A stretch of 62,779 bases of DNA, counting the filler, from Candidatus Tectimicrobiota bacterium (lineage in GTDB: Bacteria; JACPSX01): assembly GCA_016193065.1 (NCBI GenBank). It is 7 parts of 7 records of this genome, joined end to end, with 100 filler letters (N's around TTAATTAATTAA, not from the genome) between each part and the next. Parts side by side here need not be neighbours in the genome. Positions count along the whole stretch, not along the records: positions 30,852 to 43,963 come from JACPSX010000087.1; positions 44,064 to 48,999 come from JACPSX010000088.1; 5 more parts are not named here. The stretch is one strand, 5' to 3'. The notes under the pieces were generated by a model that was given only the letters and a program-made list of their open reading frames with translations, did not search any database and was not told the DNA's origin. Shown piece after piece: positions 38,714 through 47,678 of the stretch. The position numbers and the translations under genes are program-made. Every line of letters starts with the position of its first letter. The first letter of the stretch is position 1.

Positions 38714-39613
38714 ATGATTGAACGATTTGAAGTCCCCAAGGAAGTGCCGCGCAAGATCGCTATTTACGGCAAGGCCGGCATTGGCAAGTCCATTACCTCC
38801 TCTCACATCAGCGCCGCCCTCTCGGAGATGGGGGAGAAGGTGGGTCTCATGCAAGTGGGCTGCGATCCCAAGCGGGATTCCATCGCCCTGCTGTGCGGGG
38901 GGATCATGCCTACAGTCCTGGAAAAGCTGCGCATGATCGAGAGCGACAGCCTGGGCGACGAAGATACGGGACCTGTGGAGCTGACCGACGTGAAACTCGA
39001 CGAGGTGATCTTCTCGGGTTACAACGGCATCGTGTGCTGCGAGGCCGGGGGGCCGAGGCCGGGGATGGGCTGCGCCGGGCGCGGGGTCCTGGTAGCCATC
39101 AACATCCTGGACGAGTTCAAGGTCTACGAGCGCAACAACGTGGGGTTTGCGATCTTTGACGTGCTGGGGGACGTGGTTTGCGGCGGGTTCGCCCAGCCCA
39201 TGCGGGCCGGGCAGGCTCACGAAATCTACATCGTCACTTGCGGCGAGATTCTGGCCCTCTACATCAGCAACGAGATCATGAGAGCGGTGAACCGGATCCG
39301 CAGCGAGGGGGTCAACGTGGGGCTGGCGGGGCTCATTGACAATCAGCGCAACGTCCCCTTCGAGAGGGAAATCGTGGAGGAGTTTGCCCGCCGCACCGGG
39401 GTTCCCGTCATTCTGCACGTGCCCAGGTCCCCCAAGGTCCAGGAGGCCGAGATCATGTGCAAGACCGTGATCGAGGCCTTTCCGGAGTCGGATCAGGCGT
39501 TGGTCTACCGGTCTCTGGCCAGGAAAGTGTATGAGAACCAGTACATTTACGCGCCCGCACCCCTAAACGGGCTCGATGAGGTGGTTGATGTGGTCCGCAC
39601 CTACATCCATTAG
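38714..39613 (+). CDS. NifH-like nitrogenase-family Fe protein 2
   Basis: YGKAGIGKSI, GCDPKRDS, EAGGPRPG.GCAGRGV, FDVLGDVVCGGFAQPMR; GGAGG RBS at 38701. Confidence 0.93.
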   Translation: MIERFEVPKEVPRKIAIYGKAGIGKSITSSHISAALSEMGEKVGLMQVGCDPKRDSIALLCGGIMPTVLEKLRMIESDSLGDEDTGPVELTDVKLDEVIFSGYNGIVCCEAGGPRPGMGCAGRGVLVAINILDEFKVYERNNVGFAIFDVLGDVVCGGFAQPMRAGQAHEIYIVTCGEILALYISNEIMRAVNRIRSEGVNVGLAGLIDNQRNVPFEREIVEEFARRTGVPVILHVPRSPKVQEAEIMCKTVIEAFPESDQALVYRSLARKVYENQYIYAPAPLNGLDEVVDVVRTYIH

Positions 39614-39660
39614 CCCTGAGAAATCGTTCTTCTCTGATCGATCAGGGGAAAGGAGGAGAG

Positions 39661-41301
39661 ATGAACTGGCCTGTCTGTGACCAAGTCATGCCATGGGATA
39701 AGGTGGATCGCACCCGGGAGCCCTGGGAGATTGCCCGGGACTACCTGGAGATGCGTGCCAAGAAACAGTTTGAGATCGTCACCTTCAGGGATTTGCTGGA
39801 GAAGACGGAAGACACGGCAGCCTCGGACTGGTGGGAAAAAATCGTCCCCGGATACGGCAGCGGGCTCTGGTGCCCCGCTTATTATTCGATCCAGACCTGG
39901 GCCGGGTTGCCCAACTCCGTCGTGGTCTTCCACGGACCGACCCACTGCGTTTCCGCGGCCCGCTTTTTCCAGATCTCCTACGGCGGCGGCGGGGGCGGAA
40001 GCTACTACTGGGGCGGTCCGTTCTGTTTTGTCCCCAGCACGGAGATGAACGAGCGGGACGCGATCCTTGGGGCTCCCGAGAAGCTCAAGAAAGCGATCCT
40101 GGAGATCGATGCAGTGGCCAAGCCGGAGATCATCATCGTGGCGCCGGCCTGCGCCCCCAGCATGATCGGAGAGCCCATGGAGGAGGTCATCGAAGACGTG
40201 CGGGGGCAGATTCAGTCCGAGATCATCTTCGTGGATGCGCCGGGGTTTAAGTGCATTGACGAAGGAGACATGATCCGGTTGGTCACCAGCAAGTACTGCA
40301 CCGACTTAATGGAAGAACCCAAGACCAAGGACAAAGGGGCGGTCAATGCGGTGGGGGATTGGCGCACAAGCGCCTGGGAGGAGCGCTACGGCGTCAAGTG
40401 CAATTTCCCAACGGCCTACGATGAGCTGAACAGGATCCTCAAGAGGATGGGCCTCAAGCTGAAGACGGTTCTGCCGCAGGCCCCGCTGGCGGACATCCGG
40501 CGGGCTCCCGAGGCGGAGTTCAACGTCTGCACCTGCCCCATGTTTGCCTACCCGATCTGCGAGGAGATGAAAGCCAAGTTCGGTGTCCCGTACAGCAACC
40601 ACGTGTACCCCCTGGGGATAGAAGCAACCCGAAACTACATCATGGCCATCGCGGACTTCTTCGGCAAACAAAACGAGGCGGAAGCTCTCCTACGGGAGGA
40701 GTTTGGGAAGCTTCAGCCCTTGTGGGACGAGGCCAGGAGAAAGATCGCCGGCAAGGTGGCCCTCATGGATTCTTCCATCGCCATGACTTCCGTGAACCGG
40801 CAGATGGGTTATGCACGCATGCTCATCGAGTTGGGGATCGAGGACGTGATCTTCTTCAACATCGCCCCCTCGGAAGTTCTGGGCCGCAGGGAAGGGGTCG
40901 AATACTACCTGAGCCAGACGATCAATGGAGTTCCCTACAACCCCAAGTTCCTCTGGTGGCCGGCTCCCCACGCCATCAAGTTAAGTCCTGTGGAGGTCAT
41001 GGAATTCCTGGGCTTGAAGCCGCAAGATGTCCTCTACCTGTACGGAGATCTGGGGTGGTATGCCAAGGCTCCCGACATCGATCCCGCCAACACGGCCCAG
41101 GTGCAATCGGGGATCCACTGGCGCAGGCGCCGCAACGTGTGCTCCCGGTCCATCTTCTTTAGCGGCATCCGGGGGCTCTTGCGGGACATCATCAATGCGG
41201 TGAATACTTCTAGCCGCGGCAGGAACTTCACCCTCTATGGCCGGGTCATCGGGGAGTGGGCCATTGGGGATGGGGCTGCCGGAGCTGCGGAAAGGGGGTG
41301 A
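39661..41301 (+). CDS. nitrogenase component-1 family, alpha (NifD-like) subunit, highly divergent
   Basis: WCPAY..(25)..HGPTHC, STEMNERDAILG..EKL..AI, PACAPSMIG, APGF, AEFNVCTCP, GVPY..PLGIEAT. Confidence 0.88.
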   Translation: MNWPVCDQVMPWDKVDRTREPWEIARDYLEMRAKKQFEIVTFRDLLEKTEDTAASDWWEKIVPGYGSGLWCPAYYSIQTWAGLPNSVVVFHGPTHCVSAARFFQISYGGGGGGSYYWGGPFCFVPSTEMNERDAILGAPEKLKKAILEIDAVAKPEIIIVAPACAPSMIGEPMEEVIEDVRGQIQSEIIFVDAPGFKCIDEGDMIRLVTSKYCTDLMEEPKTKDKGAVNAVGDWRTSAWEERYGVKCNFPTAYDELNRILKRMGLKLKTVLPQAPLADIRRAPEAEFNVCTCPMFAYPICEEMKAKFGVPYSNHVYPLGIEATRNYIMAIADFFGKQNEAEALLREEFGKLQPLWDEARRKIAGKVALMDSSIAMTSVNRQMGYARMLIELGIEDVIFFNIAPSEVLGRREGVEYYLSQTINGVPYNPKFLWWPAPHAIKLSPVEVMEFLGLKPQDVLYLYGDLGWYAKAPDIDPANTAQVQSGIHWRRRRNVCSRSIFFSGIRGLLRDIINAVNTSSRGRNFTLYGRVIGEWAIGDGAAGAAERG

Positions 41302-41307
41302 GGAGAA

Positions 41308-42684
41308 ATGCCGGTCATCGAGAAAAAAATGCGCACGGCGAACGACGCGTTCCAGCCCAGCGCCATGATGGGAGCCGTCCTGGCCCTGTCGGGAATCGAG
41401 GGCGTGGAAATCGCCTTTCACGGGCCTTCGGGGTGTTACACCATTGCTGGGCACTATCGCACCGATCAGGCCCCCATGGGAGTCTATTCCTCCATGCGTC
41501 CCAGTGGAGTAACGGAAGACAATCTGGTCATGGGGACCAGCATGGAGAAGCTGAGCCAGCTCATCAAGTTCATGAAGATGACCTTCAAGAAGGACCGCTC
41601 GCGGCTGTTCGCGATCGTCAACACGGACTCTACGGCGATCACGGGTGATGACATCTTGGGCGCGGCGCGGCGCTTCGAGAAGGAGATGGGGTTTCCCGCC
41701 ATTGCGGTAGATGCCCCTGGATTCAAGGGGTGGGACGTGGTGGGATATGACCTTTCCTACCGGGCCTTGCTCGGGAAGTTTGCCCCCGGGGATTCCTTGG
41801 CGAAGATTCCCGACAGCGTCAACATCATCGCCCCCTATATGCTGCACTCCCAGAACTGGATCTTCGACTTCGAGGAGATCAGGAGCCTCTTGGCCAGACT
41901 GGGAATCCGGATCAACTGCGTTCTCACTCGAAATACCCGCATCGAGGACATCAAAAACTTCAGCGCGGCCCAGTGGAACCTGCACCTGAGCGCCGAGGAT
42001 TTTCCAAGCTTCCAGAAGGAGGCCGACCGGCTGGCGGTGCCCTCTTTCGGCGCGGATCTCCCCTTGCCTTACGGGATCGCCAACACGGAGGCCTGGTTCC
42101 TGGGGGTGGCCCGGCAGTTCGGCAAAGAGGAGAAAGCGCGAGAAATCCTGACCGAGGACAGCAAGCGGGTCAAGTCCATCCTGGGGTTCAACTACACTTA
42201 CACCTGGCTGGCGAACCTTCTGATGCAGAAGAGGGTGGCGGTTATCGGCCGCGAGAAGTTTGCCGCCAGCATCGCCCGCGCGCTGTTCTACGACTTCGAT
42301 GCCTATCCCGACGTGGTAATCCTCCAGGGTTCCGGCCGCTCTGCCTTTGAACGCTCCAAGGCCCTGCTGGCGGACATTGAAAAGGACGGGTATTCCGTCA
42401 AGATCATGGAGAACCCGTCCTATATCGAAGTGGCCCGCCTGATCCAGGAGAGCGAGGTTGACTTCGTCATCGGCTCCCGGATCGAGAAGCCGCTCATCGA
42501 GGGGATGCGGTTCCCTCACCTGAGCCTGGGGAGCGCAGGCTACTTCCAGAGCTTCCGGTTTGTCCCCTACCCCTATGTGGGCTACAACGGGGTCCTCTAC
42601 CTTCTCCAGGAGTTGGGGCTGGTGATGCACGACATGATGACCGAGAAGGAGATGTGGCGAGGCCTGCGCTTCAAGAACATTTGA
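41308..42684 (+). CDS. nitrogenase component-1 family, beta (NifK-like) subunit, highly divergent
   Basis: GAVLAL.GI...FHGPSGC, TEDNLVMG, TAITGDDI, APGFKG, VNII, LPYGIANT..W, DFVIGS..E, PYVGYNG. Confidence 0.88.
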   Translation: MPVIEKKMRTANDAFQPSAMMGAVLALSGIEGVEIAFHGPSGCYTIAGHYRTDQAPMGVYSSMRPSGVTEDNLVMGTSMEKLSQLIKFMKMTFKKDRSRLFAIVNTDSTAITGDDILGAARRFEKEMGFPAIAVDAPGFKGWDVVGYDLSYRALLGKFAPGDSLAKIPDSVNIIAPYMLHSQNWIFDFEEIRSLLARLGIRINCVLTRNTRIEDIKNFSAAQWNLHLSAEDFPSFQKEADRLAVPSFGADLPLPYGIANTEAWFLGVARQFGKEEKAREILTEDSKRVKSILGFNYTYTWLANLLMQKRVAVIGREKFAASIARALFYDFDAYPDVVILQGSGRSAFERSKALLADIEKDGYSVKIMENPSYIEVARLIQESEVDFVIGSRIEKPLIEGMRFPHLSLGSAGYFQSFRFVPYPYVGYNGVLYLLQELGLVMHDMMTEKEMWRGLRFKNI

Positions 42685-42711
42685 ATCCGAACGGCCCCGT
42701 GGGCCCGCGCC

Positions 42712-42765
42712 AGACCCTGTCCGGGAGACCCGATTCGGGACATCCCGGGCAGGGTCTTGCTTTTT
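42712..42765 (+). terminator. rho-independent terminator closing the nitrogenase-like operon
   Basis: AGACCCTGTCCGGGA...TCCCGGGCAGGGTCT stem followed by TGCTTTTT. Confidence 0.7.
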
Positions 42766-42871
42766 ACGGGATGTTCTCCTCAGGATTCCAGGGCGCTGGA
42801 ACATATGCAGATTGATTTTCGGACGGCATCTGTGTAGTATAAGAAAAGCCTTGATGAGGCGGAGAGCGACG

Positions 42872-43144
42872 ATGATTTGCATTGATCACACGGTTCAGAT
42901 TTGGCAAGAGGGGGACACCTATGTCGCCCACGCTCATCCTCTGGATGTCATGAGCTGTGGCGAATCCCCTGAGGAGGCCCGTCGGAATTTGGAAGAAGCG
43001 GTCCGCCTTTTCTTGAAGGTGGCTGAAGAGCAGGGGACCTTAGAGGAGGTCCTTCGTGAGGCTGGTTATATCCTCAAGGACCACCACTGGAGCGCTCCCG
43101 AAATCATTTCCTCAGAGCGCGTTTCCCTCTCGCTTTCGGCGTAA
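42872..43144 (+). CDS. hicB: HicB-family antitoxin
   Basis: WQEGDTYVA....LDVMSCGESPEEARRNLEEAVRLFL. Confidence 0.85.
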   Translation: MICIDHTVQIWQEGDTYVAHAHPLDVMSCGESPEEARRNLEEAVRLFLKVAEEQGTLEEVLREAGYILKDHHWSAPEIISSERVSLSLSA

Positions 43145-43374
43145 TGCCGAAGATCACCCCAACCCACTGGTCTGTTCAGGAGAAGATCTTCCAGGCGGAT
43201 GGATTTATTTTTGTTCGCCAGGAGGGGAGCCACCGCGCCTATATAAAGCCTGGAATCCCCAGGCCTGTCATTATTCCCGTGTATCGGGAGGTTCCTGTCT
43301 CCATCATTCGAAATAATATGAAAACTGCCGGGATGACCCGCGAGCGCTATTTTAGCCTGCTGGCCCAGGTCTAG
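43144..43374 (+). CDS. hicA: HicA-family toxin
   Basis: GF.FVRQEGSH..Y.KPG..RPVIIP; TAATG overlap with hicB. Confidence 0.88.
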   Translation: MPKITPTHWSVQEKIFQADGFIFVRQEGSHRAYIKPGIPRPVIIPVYREVPVSIIRNNMKTAGMTRERYFSLLAQV

Positions 43375-43425
43375 TTCGAAGGACCTCGGGCACAAATTTT
43401 GGATGCTCCCCGCCTACCCTGCGGA

Positions 43426-43455
43426 TTGACCGGATCACCTGAGAGGGGATACAAT
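43426..43455 (+). promoter_or_regulatory. putative sigma70 promoter
   Basis: TTGACC-N18-TACAAT upstream of the VKOR gene. Confidence 0.5.
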
Positions 43456-43508
43456 ACCGTGGAGTTTTCTGGGTGGGGAACCGACGAGCGTAAGTTAGGA
43501 TTGGCCTA

Positions 43509-43963
43509 GTGAACGAGAACCGCTGGCCGTTGCAGGGGATTCTGGTGTTGGCGCTGGCCGGGGTGGGAGTCAGTTCCTATCTCTCCTACCTGGACGTGCA
43601 GATCTCCAGAGCTCCCAACAAGGCCTTTTGCAGCATCTCCCAGCTCTTCTCCTGTGACGTGGTCATTCGCAGCCCTTACGCCCATTTCTTCGGCATCCCC
43701 GTGGCCTATCTGGGGGTGGCCGGGTTTCTGCTGTTTTTGATCCTGGCGGTATGGGCCCTCGCTTGCCGGGATCGTTCAACGACACGCTGGCCAATTTTGG
43801 GATTGGTGAGCCTGTCCTGGATCGCCCTGGTATTTGAATGTTATTTAACCTCGGTGGAAGCTTTTGTCCTCAAAACGTTTTGTCCGTACTGCCTGACGGT
43901 TTTCGCATTCATTATTGCTATTTTCCTGTTATCCTTGCGGGCGACCTCCCGGGTTCCGAGCAC
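43509..43963 (+). CDS. vitamin K epoxide reductase (VKOR) family disulfide-bond protein, 3'-truncated
   Basis: CSIS...SCD.V..SPYA..FGIPVA.LG, CPYC. Confidence 0.9.
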
Positions 43964-44063
43964 NNNNNNNNNNNNNNNNNNNNNNNNNNNNNNNNNNNNN
44001 NNNNNNNTTAATTAATTAANNNNNNNNNNNNNNNNNNNNNNNNNNNNNNNNNNNNNNNNNNNN
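43964..44063. other. artificial contig-join linker
   Basis: N44-TTAATTAATTAA-N44. Confidence 0.98.
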
Positions 44064-45398
44064 GGTTCGGCGCTCACCGTGAATGTACTCGAGCCCGTAC
44101 CAGAGTCCGGGGACGTTTTTGGGAAACGGCTTGTAAAAGACGTTCGCGTGCCCCGACCACAGGCGATGGTTGGGATCTCCAGTAAATCCCTGCGGGGGGT
44201 TGTCCATTTCGATGCCGCCGGACACGTTCGACTCGATCTGGTCGCTGAAGACGTGCTTGTAGCCGAGCTTGGCACCCCACTGGTCGCTCGGCTCGATGTC
44301 GCCGCTGACGAGGTGTCCGCTCTTGAAGGAGAAGTCCAGATAGTGCCCGAGCCCTTGACCCGCAACCGTTTGCACGAAGGCGGCGTCCTTCCCCCAGGTG
44401 TTGATCCGGGCATTCGCGGTGACCCCCCAGCCATATTCCGTCTGGTTCACTCCGGCCCGATCCACCCGCAGGAAACGGCTCAGCCAGGCGACATCCGCGA
44501 GCCCCCATTTCCCCTTCCAGCGCGCCTTGGCGACCACATCCGGATAGAGGTCGTTCAAGTCACCCGAGCCCGTCGGGGCGTTCCCGATGTCGGTCTCGGG
44601 GTTTTCGAGGGCGAACTGAAGCTCCGTCGCTCCCACCTTTCGGGTATAGCGGATCTGCGGCTGCCGGGCAAAGGTTCCTCCCGCCCCTCCTACCCAGGAG
44701 AGGGTGTCCGCCGCCGTACCCAGGCTGAAGAACGTGCTCCAGGTCTGCCCGAAGAGCAGGGGGCCGGTCTCCACGTAGGCATGACGCAGGCGAGGCGCTT
44801 CGGCGTTCGTAGTGGCCTGGTTTCCTTGTGCTCCCCGAAAGTCAAACTCGAAGAAGCCCTTGACATCGCCCCAGGGGGAGGGGGTCAGGCTGGTGAAGTT
44901 GAGACGGGTGTTCCTGGCGGTCAGGCGCAGGTGTTCCGTGCGGCCTCCACCTCCTTGCGTGTCAGGTAACTTTTTCAACGGGATGTTCGAGGCCGAGAAG
45001 GTGTCGCCCGAGTCCCCGGTAAAATCCAGCTGAGTGTCGAACTGAACGAAGCCGCCGAATTTGATGGCCGTATTGGTCCCCGGCACGACGAAGGAGCCCG
45101 GGATGGGGCCTTTCTTCAGGACGACTTCCTCCTTTTTCTCCGCTTCCAGCTTCTCGACCCTGCGCTGCAGTCTTTCCTTCTCGACTTTCTCGGACTCGAG
45201 CGTCTCGATCCTCTTTTGCAGCGTCCCAAGCTGTTGCTTCAGATCCTGGAGTTCGTCGGCCCGTACAGGCGCTCCTGTAAAGGCCAGGATCCAGAAGGTC
45301 GCCCCGCACAGAGCCGCAACGAGACCGAATCTTGGAATGTGGCTGCGTACCGGCCATCGCGGCTGCTTTGGAAAAAACTCCGTCGTCTGCATAGACAT
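44064..45398 (-). CDS. DcaP-family trimeric outer-membrane porin, 3'-truncated
   Basis: signal peptide plus coiled coil; PGT.T.IKFGGFV, TARNTRL, FFEFDF, RLRHAY, GQTWSTF, RQPQIRY, ALENP. Confidence 0.85.
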
Positions 45399-45667
45399 GA
45401 CTCGTCCCTCCTCTTTATAGGTTCCGTTTACCTACCTTCTTGGAACACTCCGGAGATCCCTGATCCGCAGGGGAAAATTCTCTCTCCAACCTCCAGACCT
45501 CATCATTGCCCCTCCTTTTCCGGTTCGCGTGTCGCAACCCCGTAGTTGGAATAGCGTCGATCTTACCGGGGAACCAACTCGCAAACTGTAAGGGAGCCTA
45601 CAGGCCGATCCTTAATTTCCCATGATCTACCGGACGGATCGGTCCCTAAAACACCCCTGGTAGAAGT

Positions 45668-46499
45668 TCACGTTGTTTCGCTCCCTCGCCCCGCGAGCCG
45701 AAAGCCCAGGGGTCCCCCCAGGACCGTTCCCAGGATCGCCCCCGCCGTCCAGACCGCCGCCACGGGGAAGGAAAGCGACAGACACTGGAGATAGATGGCC
45801 GGGGCGATGACCAAGGCGTAGAGGAGCGAGTGCGTCGCCCCGTGGCTTACCCAGCAATCCGGCCGCGGGCGGCCGAACACCGCGCCGCCGACAAGCAGCG
45901 GGCCGACCGTATAGCCGGCGGCCAGGAGCAGGAGCACCAGGGAAACCGAGACGGACCCCGCAGCTGCCTGGACTAGGCGGATGCAGGTCTCCACGACCCG
46001 GGGGATGGAGAGGGGCGCGGCGAGGATCAAGCTAACCCCGACACTCGTCAAAGCCGCCCGGGAAGCCGGCCCGAGCTCGCGGTGGGAGGAGAGCAGGAAG
46101 AGCCCTGTGTACAGGAGGGTCCAGAACGTCCCGAGGATCCCGATCGCCGGAGCTGAAGTCTCTCCCTCGGCGATGCCGAGGACCAGAAGGAGGGAGAGAG
46201 CGGCGGCTCCGGCTCCCAGGAGCACGCGCGAGAAGATCTGCGCTGGCGACAGGTAGGGCCACGCGTGCCTTCCTTCCCGGGCCTGCTCGCTGNNNNNNNN
46301 NNNNNNCGGGGAGTGCGGGGGGGGTCCAGAGGTCGGCGGCCGCGGCAGCCTCCTGAAGGCGGTCCCAGCGCTCCTTGCACACGTTGCACTGCTCCAGATG
46401 GGCCGCGAACCGGGCTCGATCCTCCGTCTCCAGCTCTTCGTAGAGGAAGTCCACCAGGGATGCCTGAACATCGGAGCATTTCACTTGCTGATCATTCAC
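45668..46499 (-). CDS. membrane-anchored zf-HC2 anti-sigma factor (spans a 14-N scaffold gap)
   Basis: C..VQ.SLVDFLY.EL...HLEQCNVC; multi-TM C-terminal part after the gap. Confidence 0.75.
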
Positions 46500-46502
46500 G
46501 AG

Positions 46503-47072
46503 CTATCCTCTATTCCTCCGCCAGCGGGCGAGCAGGGATTCAAGGCGTCGCATCGCCTCGTGGATCCGCCACTTCACCGTCCCCAGCGGGGCCTCAAGGG
46601 CTTGAGCGATCTCCTCATAACTCAGGCCGTGATAGTGCCTCAGAATGAAGGCTTCCTTTTGATCCTCCGGCATCTGCTCAATGGCCCGACGGATCATGTC
46701 TGTTTTTTCTCGCGCCTCGACGACGCGGGCGGGACCGGGGTCACTCGATTGTGCGTTCCTGGCCGCTTCGAGAGATTCAATGCGGTGGCCCCCACGCTTG
46801 CTGTGACGAAGGTGATCGTTCCACACCAGACGGGCGATCCCGAAGATCCAGGGGGCAAACGGACGATTGGTATCGTAGCGGTTTCTCCTCCGATAGAGGG
46901 ACACCAGAACCTCCTCCGTGAGATCCTCGATCCAGCTCGGAGGGCAGCCCTTGCGGTAGAAAAAGGCAAAGAGAGGACCCTCCCATTTCGCAAAGAGGAG
47001 TTCCAGAGCGGTCTCCTCGCCCTCCTTGACCCTGGCCATCAGCTTCTGATCGTCACTCAATGTTGCGTTCAC
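46503..47072 (-). CDS. ECF sigma-70 factor
   Basis: DQKLMARV.EG..ALE.L, F.PWIF.IAR, QKEAFILRHYHGLSYEEIA.AL..PLGTVK.R. Confidence 0.9.
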   Translation of the reverse strand: MNATLSDDQKLMARVKEGEETALELLFAKWEGPLFAFFYRKGCPPSWIEDLTEEVLVSLYRRRNRYDTNRPFAPWIFGIARLVWNDHLRHSKRGGHRIESLEAARNAQSSDPGPARVVEAREKTDMIRRAIEQMPEDQKEAFILRHYHGLSYEEIAQALEAPLGTVKWRIHEAMRRLESLLARWRRNRG

Positions 47073-47105
47073 GCAAAATGCACGGCCTGGACCTCACATC
47101 GATAT

Positions 47106-47130
47106 ATCCGCTGGATGTTCCTAAAAAGTT
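47106..47130 (-). promoter_or_regulatory. putative ECF promoter (AAC-N17-CGGAT) upstream of the sigma gene
   Basis: same motif and spacing at 47679-47703. Confidence 0.45.
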
Positions 47131-47141
47131 TGAGCCATCTT

Positions 47142-47170
47142 AAAAAAAAGAGGGTCCCGCAGGACCCTCT
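47142..47170 (-). terminator. rho-independent terminator after the repeat-protein gene
   Basis: AGAGGGTCC-TGC-GGGACCCTCT followed by a T-tract on the minus strand. Confidence 0.8.
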
Positions 47171-47206
47171 GGAGCACGGTTTAGACGGCCGCGGTACGGC
47201 GTTTCC

Positions 47207-47617
47207 CTAGGGTTTCCGCACGACTGCTCTCGGAACGCTTTCCTGCTCGGGAAGGACCGGAACCGGAGAATTGATTTCCCGGTCCAGTCTTGCCTGGGCG
47301 ATGCTGCCCGGGGCCCGATCCGGATCCATGCTTTCGGCGACGGGGGCGCTGCCCGTGAACGCGACTTCTGGCGAGCGGATCTCCCGGTCCAATCTCGCCT
47401 GGGCAATGCTGCCCGGGGCCTGGTTCTCGCGATTCCAGGCCGTGCTCTCTTGCCCCGTATACGCAGGAACCGCCGGAGAATTGATTTCCCGATCCAGCCT
47501 TGCCTGGGCAATGCTGCCCGGAGCCCGATCCGGGTTGTCTTGTGCGTGCGCGACGGTGACGCCGAGAAAGAGGATCGAAACCGCCGCCAAACCCATCAGA
47601 ATTGTTCCCCTCTTCAT
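47207..47617 (-). CDS. secreted protein with three APGSIAQARLDREI repeats
   Basis: Sec signal ending AHA/QD; AGGAGG RBS; three repeats with synonymous variation. Confidence 0.8.
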   Translation of the reverse strand: MKRGTILMGLAAVSILFLGVTVAHAQDNPDRAPGSIAQARLDREINSPAVPAYTGQESTAWNRENQAPGSIAQARLDREIRSPEVAFTGSAPVAESMDPDRAPGSIAQARLDREINSPVPVLPEQESVPRAVVRKP

Positions 47618-47678
47618 TGAATTCCTCCTCGTAGTTTGAATCTGAGCCGCCTGATACGGCCCGTTGCTCTGATTAGTA

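Noticed and set aside
36359-42684. Canonical nitrogen-fixation (nifHDK) cluster
   Set aside because: No nifEN or anfG/vnfG on the contig, alpha lacks His195/Gln191/Arg96 equivalents, and beta lacks two P-cluster Cys, so nifH/D/K symbols were withheld.
37845-42684. DPOR/COR (bchLNB, bchXYZ) or F430 reductase (cfbCD)
   Set aside because: Those systems do not use NifB, CfbD is a single subunit, and no tetrapyrrole genes are nearby.
7819-42684. Functional linkage between the F420 island and the nitrogenase-like operon
   Set aside because: They lie on different contigs separated by artificial linkers, so their proximity in this window carries no information.
40981-42882. Long antisense ORFs (e.g. 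40981-42882, 25313-27073, 51202-52800, 38297-39418)
   Set aside because: Shadow frames opposite well-supported genes in high-GC DNA, with no recognisable motifs.
47207-47617. CRISPR-like array (three ~55-nt repeats about 105 nt apart)
   Set aside because: The repeats are in frame in a signal-peptide ORF with synonymous variation, and no cas genes are present.
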